Part shown: positions 28,242 through 64,000 of the stretch, piece by piece
How positions within the stretch are numbered: position 1 is the stretch's first letter
Layout: each line of letters starts with the position of its first letter
Source: a bacterium
Lineage (GTDB): Bacteria; UBA8248
Assembly: GCA_965213685.1 (NCBI GenBank)
Contig: CBDBZY010000016.1
Span: 32,001-96,000, forward strand
Length of the DNA stretch: 64,000 bases
Direction of reading: 5' to 3'
Translations under genes and position numbers: made by a program
Notes under the pieces: model-generated
The model's input: only the letters and a program-made list of their open reading frames with translations
Told to the model about the DNA's origin: nothing
Databases searched by the model: none

Positions 28242-29461
28242 ACTTTTTCTTCCTCTTTCTTTCCATCACTCAGATGATACGGCAGTGAGTTTTCCCCCTC
28301 ATACACTAACCAGGCTGGGCTGGGTTTGGTTGCCCCAGACTTTATTAACCACTTTGTGGATTGAGGGGTTACCACATGTGTCTATTAGACAGACAGACAG
28401 AGAGGCAGGCAGCTGGTCAGAACAACATTCCAGCAACATCCATGGAATGCTGGCCATAGTCACCAGACGGAATTCTCCGCGTATTCCGTCTGCTCGCGAG
28501 ACTACCTCCCTCCCTCCCCTACCTCCCTCCCCTCCTCCCTCCCTCCCTCACCATCCCATCCACTCCCATCCGGTAGAGGTTCTTCACTCTGTTGTCCCAC
28601 ACCACGTAGGCTGCGCTCTGAGGAGTGCTGGCACTCCAGTCCTGAACCTGCAGCACCTTCCCCTTGCTCCCTGACCCACCTGCAGGGGAGGGAGGGAGGG
28701 AGAGACAAGAGATGCGTGAGATATCATTCCCTCCCTCCTCCTTCCTTTCTTCCTTCCTCCCTCATCACTTCCTCCCCCTCTCCCTCTCCTCCCTCCTTCT
28801 CCCTCCATCCTCCCTCCCTCCCTACCCCTTCCCCTCCCTACCACTTCCCCCTCCCTCTCCCTCTCCCTCCTCCCTCCCCAGCCTCATCCCTCCCTCCCCC
28901 TCACCCTCCCTCCTTCCTCCCTGCCCCATCCCCCCCCCCCTCCCCCACCCCTCCCTCCTTCTCCCTCCATCCTCCCTCCCTCCCTCCCTACCCCTTCCCC
29001 CTCCCCCCCCCCTCCCTCCCTCCCTCACCATCCTGGTCCTCCCACTGCCAGTCCACTCCCCTCACTACTCGTGCTCCAGCGAAGGCTCCTCGAGCAGTCA
29101 CCTTCTTGCTCCTGCGACGACTATGGACAGTGATCCTGTGAGGGTGAGGAGTAAGGAGTGAGGGTGAGGAGTGAGGAGTGAGGGTGAGGGGGTGAGGAGT
29201 GAGGGGTGAGGAGTGACAGGTGAGGGGTGAGGAGTGAGGAGTGACAGGTGAGGGGTAAGGAGGGAGGAGTGAGGAGTGAGAGGTAAGTGAGGGGTGATCG
29301 AGGGTGGGGAGCGACAGGTCAGATGTGTACAAACAACCTCTTCTATAAGCATCCCCAATGAGCACATGCTATACAAATACATGTACCTGAGGAATGTTAG
29401 GAATGTGAAGAATGCTCCAAACAAACAGCAACCAGTTTGTATGCACAGGCATGAAAAATAG

Positions 29462-30243
29462 TATGGAGGGTGATTAGTGCCCCAATTTTTTATTGTTATA
29501 GTGTCTTTTTTATTTCTCCTGGAAAATATTTATGTAGACACGATTGTAATTTTTTATGATGACATCTCATTATAAAAATACCCCCTCACATTTTTGTTAC
29601 AACATTTCATAATAAAAAGTTTGCACACGTATTTCTATTATGACATTTCATAATAAAAATTGTGCCCACATTTCTATTATGACATTTCATAATAAAAATG
29701 AAATGGAGTTCAAAGGTCGAAGGTCAACTTTGATGTGCATGCGGTTGATACTTTCGCGCACGGATTACGCGCGCGCGCTAACACTGGAGGGAGCAATAGC
29801 ACAGTTCTTGGTTGTAACTTAGCTCAGAGCCAGGCAAGAGCGCCACTGGAGGCTAACTATGCTAGGCGCAGACGTTTACTAACACACTTCTATATGTCAG
29901 CGCACAAACACTATGTGATTATAGCTTCCTGCCGTTCACTCATTTTGTTCAGTTGTTGACCGTCATTCTGTCATGCAGTCATTACATTGTACTTTATGAC
30001 AAGTATATGGACAAAGTTTTTACACAAACTCTTCACTCTATGTATCTGAGTATTGTGAAATGTCATAATTAAAATATGAGTACAATTTTTATTATGAAAT
30101 GTCATAATAAAAATGTGAGGGGGTATTTTTTTAATTAGATGTCATAATAAAAAATTACAATCGTGTCTACATAAATATTTTCCAGGAGAAATAAAAAAAG
30201 ACACTATAACAATAAAAAATTTTGGCACTAATCACCCTCCATA
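29462..30243. mobile_element. Non-autonomous long-TIR (foldback) DNA transposon, IS3EU-like termini
   Basis: TIRs start TATGGAGGGTGATTAGTGCC and extend about 170 bp with mismatches. 6-bp TSD AAATAG (29456-29461, 30244-30249). The empty site ATGAAAAATAGATACC is visible in the paralogous block at 8461-8476. TAY..RTA termini with a 6-bp TSD match the IS3EU description. Confidence 0.85.
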
Positions 30244-33200
30244 AAATAGATACCTAGAAAAGGTGCCTACGGCCAGTAGACACCAGGCACCCAACAATCA
30301 GAACACCATATTAGGAGTAGCCTTGCTCTAATCACAGGTACATGTACATTGCACTGGCACAGTCACACGCCATGTGGTATGTACGTACATGTGCATGTCC
30401 ACCACATGCATGTGATGATGTCAGCAGCACTCGGTGGCAGTAGAGGTATTCTGCAGCCTCAGAGCAGCCCCCACACTCACACCTGAACTGGCACAGCCTC
30501 ACACCACACCCACCACCTCTGGTCTGGACTGAGGGAGGGAGGGAGGGAGGGTGGAGGGGGTAAAAGGAGAAAAGGAGAGGGGGAGATGGACAGAGGGAGA
30601 GAGAGAGAGAGAGAAGAAAGAAGGAAGAGAGGGAAAGGGAGGGAGAGAGGGAGAGAGGGAAAGCACCCTGGGCTCAGTGCAGGGGATTCCCCCTGGGATT
30701 CCCCCTCCCCCACAGTTGACATGTTGTGGGTTTGAATAGCTGCTGCTGCCACGTGGCCACAACACAATTGGAGCACTTACTGTGCAGGTGCACATGTGTA
30801 TGTACAGGTGTGGATGTGCACGTGCTCTCCCAGGGAGGGGAGGGGGCGTGGCCCCAGCTGCCAGCCACTCATGCCTCTCACTGTGCCCCCTCCTCTCGCT
30901 GGCTCCCTCCCTCCTCTCGGCCTAAGGGCTGCCCCCACAGCCGAGGGACCAGCGCTGCTCTCCTACTGCCACGTACTTCAGGTGGGGCTCTCTTAATAGA
31001 GTCACCACCACAGCCGCTATGCACACCTGCCCCAGCCTCGTGGGCCAGCCACACTTCTGTCTGCATGCACCAGCACTTGTGGCCCCACCCACAGACACGC
31101 CCACCACATGAGCACACACCTGGAGGAGGCTCCTCGTGGAGGGCCACACGGGAACAGAGAGCAGCCTGTGGTGGAGGTGGCCACTGGACCATGTGCTCAT
31201 GGCTGAGCCCACAGTTAGCTCACACTGGCAGCCTGGCACCCACCGCTGGGCAAGATGGCCACGTGTGCAACATGTGAGGGAGGGAGGGAGGGAGGGAGGG
31301 AGGGAGGGAGAGGGGAGAGTGTTAATTAATGGATCCATTTCATGGAATCAGGGAGGGAGGGAGGGAGGGAGGAGGGGAGGGGGGAGAGCACGGAGAGAAG
31401 GGAGGAGGAGGGAGAGGGTGAAGGAGGTTGACTAACGGACCCATTTCATGGAATCACTGATATTATCATCGTGCACAGAAGACATGTACACCATATCTAT
31501 CCTTCACACAGTACCCCCTTCCCCCCTCCCTCCCTCCCTCTCTCCCTCCCTCCCCCTCTCTCCCTCTCCTCCACTTGTCCTCCTTCCCTCCCTCTCACCC
31601 TCCCTCCCTACCTCCTTCCTTGTCACCTTTTTCATATCTCCTGCAGCTGGTGAATGCCATGTGACTATCACATGACTTGCATTACCCCAGCATCCACTTC
31701 TCAAAACATCACACACTCCTCCATCTAAGGGAGAGAGGAGGAGAGAGAAAACAGGGCGTGCCACATGTCTGTGTGTGTGGCAGCTAACTAACGCCACCTA
31801 AATTCTTTCTACAGCAACTAGTGATGATGTTTGTGTCCAACTGAGTATCGTCCCTGGAGCTGAGGCCACGCCCCCTCAACCAGCCCCTCCCACCCCTGGC
31901 TGCTGACCCCTACACAGCACGTTGACTCATGCATCTACGGTATAGCAGGCAACGTGTGGCTCCAACTAACGCCCACCTTCCTCCAAGTTGGCTGTTCTGC
32001 TCTCGGCCGTGGCTTTGGCGTCGGCTGGAAAAGCAAGAAAGTCGGACGAGGAAGGAGGGGACAATGACGTCACTGCTGGAATGGAACAAGAGAAATACAG
32101 CAATACCTTTCACGAGGCGGACGTGAAGCTCTTTCTAACTCTGTTCTCTCTCTGCGGCCACTGCGAGGAGGCGCCTGAGAAATGATGCCATTACGTCACT
32201 CAGTGGCAGTGGAAAGTGTCTTTGTAGGGACACGTACGTACTAACGCAGTACTGTCTTCAACAGCTGCCACTCTAGCTCTATGGTGCGTGCATGCTGAAC
32301 TAGAAGTGCACACGTGCGCACGAGCAGCAGCCCCGCCCACCCCACGGTCCTCGTGCCAGCAGCTCCACCCACGTGGCGTGGAGCGCGTGGAGCCAACCGT
32401 GAGCAGAAGAGCTGGAGAGGAAGAAGGATTGAGAGAGACAGGTATTGGGTGAGTAGTGATTGTGGGGGGAGTGAGGGTGTGGGTGGGGCAGGGGGGAGGG
32501 GAGGGGAGGGGGTAGTGAAGGAGCTAGGGGAGGGTGAGGTGAGGGTGGCTTGGGACAGGAAGGCCATACAGGTGTCCCCATGGCAACAGAGAGACAAACA
32601 CTCCATCATGACCCTCCGTCTCCCTCATTCCCTCCCCCTCTCTCGATCCCTCTCCCTTTTTCCTTCCCCTCCCTTCCTCTTTCCTCACCTACCCCTTCCA
32701 TCTCCCCCCCCCCCCCCCCCCCTTGTCCCCTCCTCTCTCCCTCTCTTTCCCTCTCTCCTCACCTCTTCCTCCAGAACAGGCAGACCAGTAATGATAGGCC
32801 TGTGGATGTGAGCAGACAGACAGACACTGGACTACATCCCACTCCTGCACACACTCCACCTGATGAACATATCATTTCTTCACACGTACCTCATGTTTGC
32901 CGACAGCTAGCTGACAGCCCTCTCTCTCCCTCCCTCCCTCTCTCCCTCCCTCCCTCCATCCCTCCATCCCTCCCTCCCTCCCTCCCTCCCTCCCTCCCTC
33001 AGACAGATGAAACATGAAATAACAGAATCTAATGGCACTGGGTGTGAGTGGTGTTGCTATGGAACCTGCACTCTCCTGGTGACCTAGTGATGGTGATGGG
33101 TGGAGGGGAGAGGGGGGAGGTGATGGTGTGGAGATGTGACACTGGTGAGTGTCAAACGTACAACAGGAGGCTAGTGGTAGTCATAATAGCTATGACCTCA

Positions 33201-34122
33201 TTGGCCCATTCTCCCTCACAGGTGAACTGCCCTCCTCATACTCCTCCGGCCCTCTCCCCCTCCCACCCTCCCCCCTCTCATCCCTCACACACCACCCCTC
33301 ATCTCTTCTCACCCTCTCCACACTCATCTACCTCCCTCTTCACACACTCACACACACCCTCACCCCTCACCATTCTATGGATACATTATGAGAATTGATA
33401 CATTATGAGATTGATTATTTGAGTAATTAGATTGCCGTAGCCATGATGACATTGTAATTATGTCATACTAGATCAGCTGCCATTCCTAGCCATACTGAGT
33501 GCAGCTGACACGATCATGGTGTGGTGTGGGATGTATGAGCCAGTGCTGATATAGCTCACCTTGGCACATGCCAGCAGCAAAGCCACACCCACTCCTGCAC
33601 TAGCAGATTATGCTTTGCGTTTCTAACATGTACCCAACCCATGCCTCCCCCTCACAATCCATCCCACCTTCTTGCACAGGAGAGGAGTAACTGAAGGGCA
33701 CCCTCACCCCTTGCCTCCTCACCTGTTTTCACACACTCACACTCCCACCGTCACTCCTCACCACATTTCCCTCCTTATATGGTCACACTAGTCTCATAAA
33801 CCACGCCTCTCAAGTCTCAACCTTGATTCATGAGACTATATTCACACTCACACCCACACCCCTCACCATCCCATCTCCCTCCCCACACTCTCACACTCAC
33901 CCCCTCACCCCTCAGCATCCCACCTCTATCCTCACACTCACAGGACCAAGCACCACCCACTGTGCTCCATAGTATCACTACAGGTGCTCTCTGTCCTGGA
34001 GCAGTGGCTGCTCATCTGCTGCGTGTGGGGGGCCATAATTGTATCAATTATGTGCTCTTACCTATTACTGAACCGCTCCATTATGGAATTCAGGGTATAA
34101 GCAAAACAGTGACGTCATAATT

Positions 34123-34546
34123 ACTAGTCGAAATGCAAGCATTGTGGGGCGAGCCTACTTCCGACTTTACACGCATGCGCAGGAACAGGATGCACGTGTG
34201 TTGTGGACTTGTTGTCGAGTGGAAGTGACATTTTATGTTGTGCGAAATGGGAAGCGCGATGCTGTCTCTCGCGTTCTCTTCTACGGCTCAGCCTTGCTTC
34301 TCTTCTCTGCTCGGAGTCCATGTTGCGACGCTGCGCCAAGTCGACCTTTGAGACCTTTGAACTTCAACGTCCGATGTACGTTCGATGTAAACCCCACGTG
34401 CCGCTTTTGAATTTAAATCGTACGCATGCGCCCTCGGAAGGTGACGGTCGTACGATACATGATAATATATATAAATATATATATATATATACAGACAGCG
34501 CAGGTGTTGATCGGACTAGAAGGGGCTCGCTAAGGCTCGCCCCAAT
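34123..34546 (-). mobile_element. Non-autonomous Helitron/Helentron-like element just upstream of Kelch-ROCO copy B
   Basis: Subterminal inverted repeats GGGGCGAGCCT / AGGCTCGCCCC, a terminal hairpin (GGGCTCGCTAAGGCTCGCCCC region) and a minus-strand end CTAGT. Coding remnant EQRREARLSRRRERERQHRA resembles RepHel N-terminal charged repeats. Absent at the equivalent position before copy A. Confidence 0.6.
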
Positions 34547-34586
34547 CAGCTCATGCAACCCATTGATTGTAGCATAGAGTACAGTT

Positions 34587-41951
<7,365 letters not shown>

Positions 41952-42479
41952 GTGTTGAGTCACTTGATCACTGTCTCCTGCCGTAACTGTGAAGCCATTT
42001 ATAACCTCCTGCATTGTTTACTGTGTTTCATATTCCACATACATCATTTGGTGTGTTTATTTACTTTTTCATTCATTATTTTATTAATCATTTTTATTCA
42101 TGTTTATTTTGTTGTAGTACATATTCCATTTCCGATTCCAGCCCAAGCTAAAGACGTGAGCTCAAACGTGGCCTTTCCAGGCACATGTACATGTGGCATG
42201 TGAGCAGGTGTGCAGTGAAGTGCCCCCTACAAACCTGCCACTGGCTGTGGCTGCATGCACACATGCAGCAGGTCTGTGGGTCTGTGGTGTGTGGGGCACA
42301 CATATCTCTATAGGCCACTGAGGACCACCACATGCATTGTGGCTGCATGCATGTGGTGCCCAGTGGAGAGGGGAATATGTGCGTGTGTATGGTCCCTGGC
42401 TGTGTAGGGGGTGTGTGTGGGTGGTGTGCTGTGTGTTGTGAGCTGACTGACATCAATACACTGGGCACTCAACTGTACC

Positions 42480-43790
<1,311 letters not shown>

Positions 43791-44041
43791 CCATGGTTAC
43801 ATGTCAGAGCACCACAGCTCACTAGCAGTGAGCAGCTCTCAGGCCCGATCCCCATCTCATAACTCGATCTCCACCACACACCACACCCTCTGACCACACC
43901 CACCAGAGAGAGGTGCAGGAATGACCAGGCCATGTGCTGACCAATCAGATTGCTTTGCTGCACAATAATCAAATGCACACACTAGTGTCCCTGGTGGGCT
44001 CCTATTGGAACACAGTTGGCTACATAGGTGGGTCCTCACAG

Positions 44042-59269
<15,228 letters not shown>

Positions 59270-60789
59270 GGAATAAAATCACTTTCTCCGAGTGCGTTCT
59301 TCCAGGATCGCTAGCTTTTCATCGAGTGGTCTGTATTTGCACAGTCAGCAAAAATACACGCACCGGCGCGCGCGCGCTCTGTACGCGCACACGTGCGCCT
59401 ACCATTATAATTAATTAATTTGGATAAGGATCACGTGAAGTGACACGCTAATGACGTGATGTGACATGAAACGTTAATACTCTAGTCTGTAGAAAATTTC
59501 ATATTCTAGACGAATACAGCTCCAAAAGAGAGAATTATAGTATGTACGCAATGGCATGTGTAATGTACATACAGTGGCATGTATACAATGCATTGGGTGA
59601 CAAGCAAGTGTGAGCATCTAGGCCTGGGGGCTGTTCACAGCCTTGGGAGTTGCAGTTCTCAATGTGAATACTCAATTCATTAGGTCAGCTGTGGGCTCAT
59701 TGTAATATCATAACTATGCCATTGTTGATGGGCTTCTCGTCTTTAGCCACAAACGACCTGCACAGAAAGGATTTGTTTCTCTATACATTATTGATTAGGC
59801 ATTTTATATACAGTACTCATGTTTCTTATTAACAGAGTTTTATCTAGAATAATACTTTTGGAAGCAGAGTTCTTGCTTGTGTCTTCAAGTGCAAATGATA
59901 AATTGATCAACATTGATCAACATATTACAGCATAAACATTGCAGCTACAGGTGGTCTGGTGAATATCCCCAGGGACTTTTCTGATTTCAAGGTATCTGCA
60001 AATCACTTCTGATGCAGTCTAGACCAAAGTTAAATGCTGCAAGTAGTAGGCTAAGCCAAGTTTGGGGAGGAGGGGAAGCTAGAACCTAGCTCCTCAATGG
60101 CAGAAGATAGAACCGTGCTCAATAACATAATTTTTTAAGGCTAGCCAGCCTAGGGGGCGGGCCTCACATAATGTATGAAGCTGGGTGCAGAGGACAGAGT
60201 AATCTACATGCGTAGGAAGTATGTATGCCTTCTACAGGTGCTCATGTGACTGCCAGCCACCAGCCGCACAGACACCACAATGGGACATAACTGGGTGAAC
60301 TCATGTCCTATTTGGAATGTGTTATACATGCACCGATAGTGATGGGCTCATCCCAGCCCTGCCAGCCAAGCCTGTCTGAGTGGGAGTTTACTTCACAATA
60401 CATGTACGTGTGCTCATAACAATGGTGGGCTGGCCATATCCGCATTCAGGAGTGGCACAACTACTGTATATACCAAAGACATTTGCACCGTAAGGAAAGA
60501 AAGCTTACTGTCTATGCACCACACTGCACAACCACATAGCTGGGTTATTAAATGTACTCTGTGGTAGTTATGTTGAACGCGATCTAGACAATAGGTGGAG
60601 GCGCGCGCCGAACGCATTTATGTATTTAAAATTAAATTTTTACAGGCTATGGCATTGTTAATAACTTCGTTTAATTAGAATTTTCTGCGGTAATTACCCT
60701 CCTCTCGAAAATATATATCATGAGAGCTGTGAAGTAGCGCCAAGTTCCCGTCGGACAGACTCAGTGGGGGAGAATGGTCGTGGGACGCC

Positions 60790-62451
60790 ATGCCGCTCGT
60801 GAAACCCTTCACACCGCTCTGCTGCTGCAAGAAGCGCTCCCTCCTGGCCTCTCTCTCCCTCCTCGCTCTCTTCCTGCTCCTGGCGTGGCTCACTACGAAA
60901 TGGAAGCAAGCCTCGCAGAAGCCTAGAGTGAATCCGCACGATATAACGTCTTACCGACTGTCGCCACACTTCTCCACCGCCCGCCACGACCTCTCCCTGC
61001 GTAAGGAGTGGGAAGATCTCGCCAATCGAGCCGCCATCCCTCCCTCGCAGCCACCCGGCACGGGCGCAGCAGAGGACGGCTACAGTGTACGTTTCAGCAA
61101 CGCTGAGAGTGACCAAACGAGCAACAGCACCAGGCAGGAGGGCGGGAGGCATCGCTATGTCCTCGCTATGAACTACTGGGAGCAGTTCAACATGGCAGTG
61201 AGGAACTACTACAACCTGGCCTGCCTCGCTGCGCACTGGGATGCCAACACAGTCCTTCCCTTCACGCACAACTCGAGGCTGTACGGACTAAACGATGTCA
61301 AGTTGGACGAGTACTTCAACACCACCACAAGTGCGCATGAGCTGGACTTGATCTTCAACATCCGTAGCTTGGACAGTGTTCTGCGCCAGAAGGGCCTCCC
61401 TGCAGTCAGAACCCTGAGAGACATGCTACTCCACGGGAGCCGCAGGGTGGTGTTCCTGCACTTCATAGCGGAAAAATTTACTAGAGAATACAAGATCCGC
61501 AGTTGGGAGACTGTCAGTTTTTTGAAACGTGCTTTCAAGAGCAGTGGCATAGTAGATTGCAGCACTCAGCCAGAACTATTGGAACTTAGTCACCACATCA
61601 CCTCAAAACTGAATAAGCAAGCAGGAAAGATACATGCCCAGAGAAGGAAGACCTTCCGCATGGACCAGTACTACTGTGTCAGTATGAACCACAGCACGTC
61701 CCCTGCGGAACTGGCCGCTCGCCTCGGGTTCAGCAGAGACAAGAACCTCTCCGTGGTGGTCATCAATTGGAGAGGAACCAACAAGGATCCCATGATGCGG
61801 GTCAGTGCCAAGGGAACCCACTTGAACAATAGGATCCTGATGACCAACATCTGTTCCCTCAGCAATACCGTCCATGTTCCCATCAATTTCAGCCGCGGTG
61901 TGGTGGACACCTCCCACAGGTTCCTACAGCAGATGCACCTACGGAGGAACAGGTATGTGGCGGTGCACATCAGGAGCGAGAAGATGTACCTGCGACAGGG
62001 GAGGTTCCCAGGGCTAGTGAGTAGCTGCGTGAAGGAGGCCCTACACACTGTGGGTGGCCTGCTGAGGAGGGAGAGCTCCCCGTCTCCACTTCCCGTCATC
62101 TACTTCTATGACCTGGGCCAGTATGGAAGCGAAACCTGCAAGAACTGTAAGGTCATAGGTCAGGTGAAAGACATCCTCCGTAAAAATGGGATTGCGATTA
62201 CGCACTTTGACCCCAAGCTTTACAACGTCACTGATGACAGTGGTTTTGTTGCGGCTGTGGAGATGGAGACTATCGCGCGTGCTAGGCACCTCATTCTGGT
62301 GGGGGGCGGAGCGTTCCAGAATCAGGCAGCCCTGAGATATGGAGGTTACCGCAGCAACTTGAGAGATGGATCGGGAAAGAGTGAACTTGTGTGGGTGTGC
62401 GAGAGTGATGCCCAGGCTGCAGAGCTAATGAACCGCACATTACCCCATTAG
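60790..62451 (+). CDS. Single-exon type II membrane protein, probable O-fucosyltransferase-like (GT-B) glycosyltransferase, 553 aa
   Basis: Long non-repetitive ORF with a short basic N-terminus, a transmembrane anchor (LLASLSLLALFLLLAWL) and a stem. It has an N-terminal 'YWEQFN' loop, a YVAVHIRSEK motif resembling the H-x-R GDP-fucose-binding motif, and a C-terminal 'AAVEMETIARARHLILVGGGAF' segment as in O-FucT-like folds. Confidence 0.65.
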   Translation: MPLVKPFTPLCCCKKRSLLASLSLLALFLLLAWLTTKWKQASQKPRVNPHDITSYRLSPHFSTARHDLSLRKEWEDLANRAAIPPSQPPGTGAAEDGYSVRFSNAESDQTSNSTRQEGGRHRYVLAMNYWEQFNMAVRNYYNLACLAAHWDANTVLPFTHNSRLYGLNDVKLDEYFNTTTSAHELDLIFNIRSLDSVLRQKGLPAVRTLRDMLLHGSRRVVFLHFIAEKFTREYKIRSWETVSFLKRAFKSSGIVDCSTQPELLELSHHITSKLNKQAGKIHAQRRKTFRMDQYYCVSMNHSTSPAELAARLGFSRDKNLSVVVINWRGTNKDPMMRVSAKGTHLNNRILMTNICSLSNTVHVPINFSRGVVDTSHRFLQQMHLRRNRYVAVHIRSEKMYLRQGRFPGLVSSCVKEALHTVGGLLRRESSPSPLPVIYFYDLGQYGSETCKNCKVIGQVKDILRKNGIAITHFDPKLYNVTDDSGFVAAVEMETIARARHLILVGGGAFQNQAALRYGGYRSNLRDGSGKSELVWVCESDAQAAELMNRTLPH

Positions 62452-62663
62452 CACACTGGAGGGCTCAGCCAGGGACGGTGCTCTATCCTCCTCATCTGCC
62501 CACATTTCCCACCACAACACTTATCTCATCTGCTCCACCTTGCAAATCGCTTCACACCTCCCCCCCCTCCCACCTTCCCCACCTCTGGCACCACTGTGCC
62601 AAGACCCCCAGGAATTCAGCACAGAGACGAAACTTGACCTCACACTTCAACATGTTACTTTGC

Positions 62664-62762
62664 CATGTCACATGACCACTGTGTCACATGACTGCTGTGT
62701 CACGTGACCACGGTGTCACATGACTGCTGTGACTGTGTCACATGACCACTATGCCACCATGC
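62664..62762. repeat. Short ~16-bp tandem repeat (GTCACATGACTGCTGT-like)
   Basis: About 5-6 degenerate copies downstream of the glycosyltransferase-like ORF. Confidence 0.7.
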
Positions 62763-64000
62763 CCTCACCCATCATCAGATGTTCCGTGCTATCCACTGTT
62801 CAGCTCCTCACCCTCACTAGCACTCCGTCACTAGCACTCCCTCACCAATTGCAATCACCCTCTCACTGATCACTGCATGGCTAGTGCTTTCTGTAATATT
62901 GGCAATTCAATCTGTTGTGCACAGTACATCATTATTGTGGTGGAGCAGACTAATTAAACTTACACATGTAGTCAGTAACGTAGGTAGAACATTTCCGTGT
63001 GTAAACTAATGTGTATGCCTAGGAACTTCCGTTGGTCACTTAGCAAGTCTTTGGGTGGTTTGTTAATAGGTATGTAGGTCAGGTCTCTGTGTGCTGTATT
63101 TAGAGTAGGGTTTGCAGGGTGTTAGTGTAATTATTGTGTGATGTGGTTGTAAGTATGTCCTGTTCTTTGTGTGATTTTGTATAAAAGTTGTAAGTTGTAT
63201 GTGGAAAATCAGTCTTGTTTCGTCGTCGTCAAAGCGGTAACTTGGAGCGCAGGCCGCGATCCCTCACAATTATCACCTGACGCAGGTTATCACGTGATCA
63301 CATGGCCAGGGCTGACACTGCGACAGATGCCTGGATGCCCGCTGGCTGCTGACTAGCAGCATGAGTTCAGTAGAGGGTTCACACAGGGAGGGGGATATTT
63401 CCCTCCAAAGGTATTTCTGCCCTCAAATATTTTCACAACCAAAATGAAATTCCACTAGTAATGAGCAGCAGTGAGTAACTGAAGTAAAACAGAATGCCTC
63501 AGAATCAATCTCAGAGCATCTAGTTTTCAGGGGGAAGGTGCCCCCAGACCCCCTAATGGGGGTGTGCTAAAGTGTGCCCTCCCTTGATCATATGTGCCTA
63601 GTTACCAGACATGGCCATTCCCCTCCTGACCAACGCCTATGTAGGAATTAGACTGGTCAGTGCCACACTTCGGAGCATCTCCCTCTCCCCCCCCCCCCCC
63701 CCCCCCCCACCCCCCAACTCAAAATCCCACCCGGATCCCTGCTGAGAATGCAACACGTGCTGTGCTGGGCAACACTCACTGTCACAGCTATTGCTGCCAT
63801 TGCAGCAGGGACTGTCAGAATCACTACAGTACAAAGCCATGGTGTGCTGTGGTGCCTCTAATGCCTGTGGCAGAGACAGACCAGAATCACTAAAGTATGT
63901 GGCACTGATGCCATGACTGCCAGGCTGGCTGGCAGAATCACCACAGCTGGGGGAGGGGCTTCACCAGGGGGTAGGTGACCACTGTGGGCAGGTACTGGTG

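Noticed and set aside
63370-63570. Possible hAT-like MITE remnants (also 57670-57830)
   Set aside because: G/C-run motifs resemble the 51911 element, but I could not define both TIRs or a TSD.

Overview
Eukaryotic, intron-rich and microsatellite-dense DNA. An invertebrate animal is likely and a demosponge is plausible, but this is inference from sequence style and gene content. Most short ORFs in the supplied track are microsatellite or antisense noise; the real genes are spliced. The right side holds an intact 19-exon mind bomb (MIB1) E3 ligase gene on the minus strand (59269->44042, 989 aa by my exon reconstruction), head-to-head with a single-exon O-fucosyltransferase-like gene (60790-62451). 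The left ~44 kb is a tandem segmental-duplication array with a period of about 21-22 kb. Each unit has a decayed, 5'-truncated MIB1 copy (-) and an apparently intact 8-exon gene (+) encoding a six-bladed Kelch propeller, a ROC-type GTPase, COR and a C-terminal Death domain (copy A 12632-19644, 1195 aa; copy B 34587-41951, 1208 aa). The two paralogues have near-identical introns 1-4, but their substitutions and indels cluster in the Kelch ligand-face loops, and their exon 1 and Death-domain exons are strongly divergent. This pattern fits a diversifying, modular, NLR-like 'Kelch-ROCO-Death' intracellular receptor family, which is the main candidate new system here. The window also holds several datable transposon insertions (hAT, IS3EU-like, Helentron-like, other MITEs, tRNA-derived SINEs). 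Coordinates were read by hand, and percent similarities are by-eye estimates.
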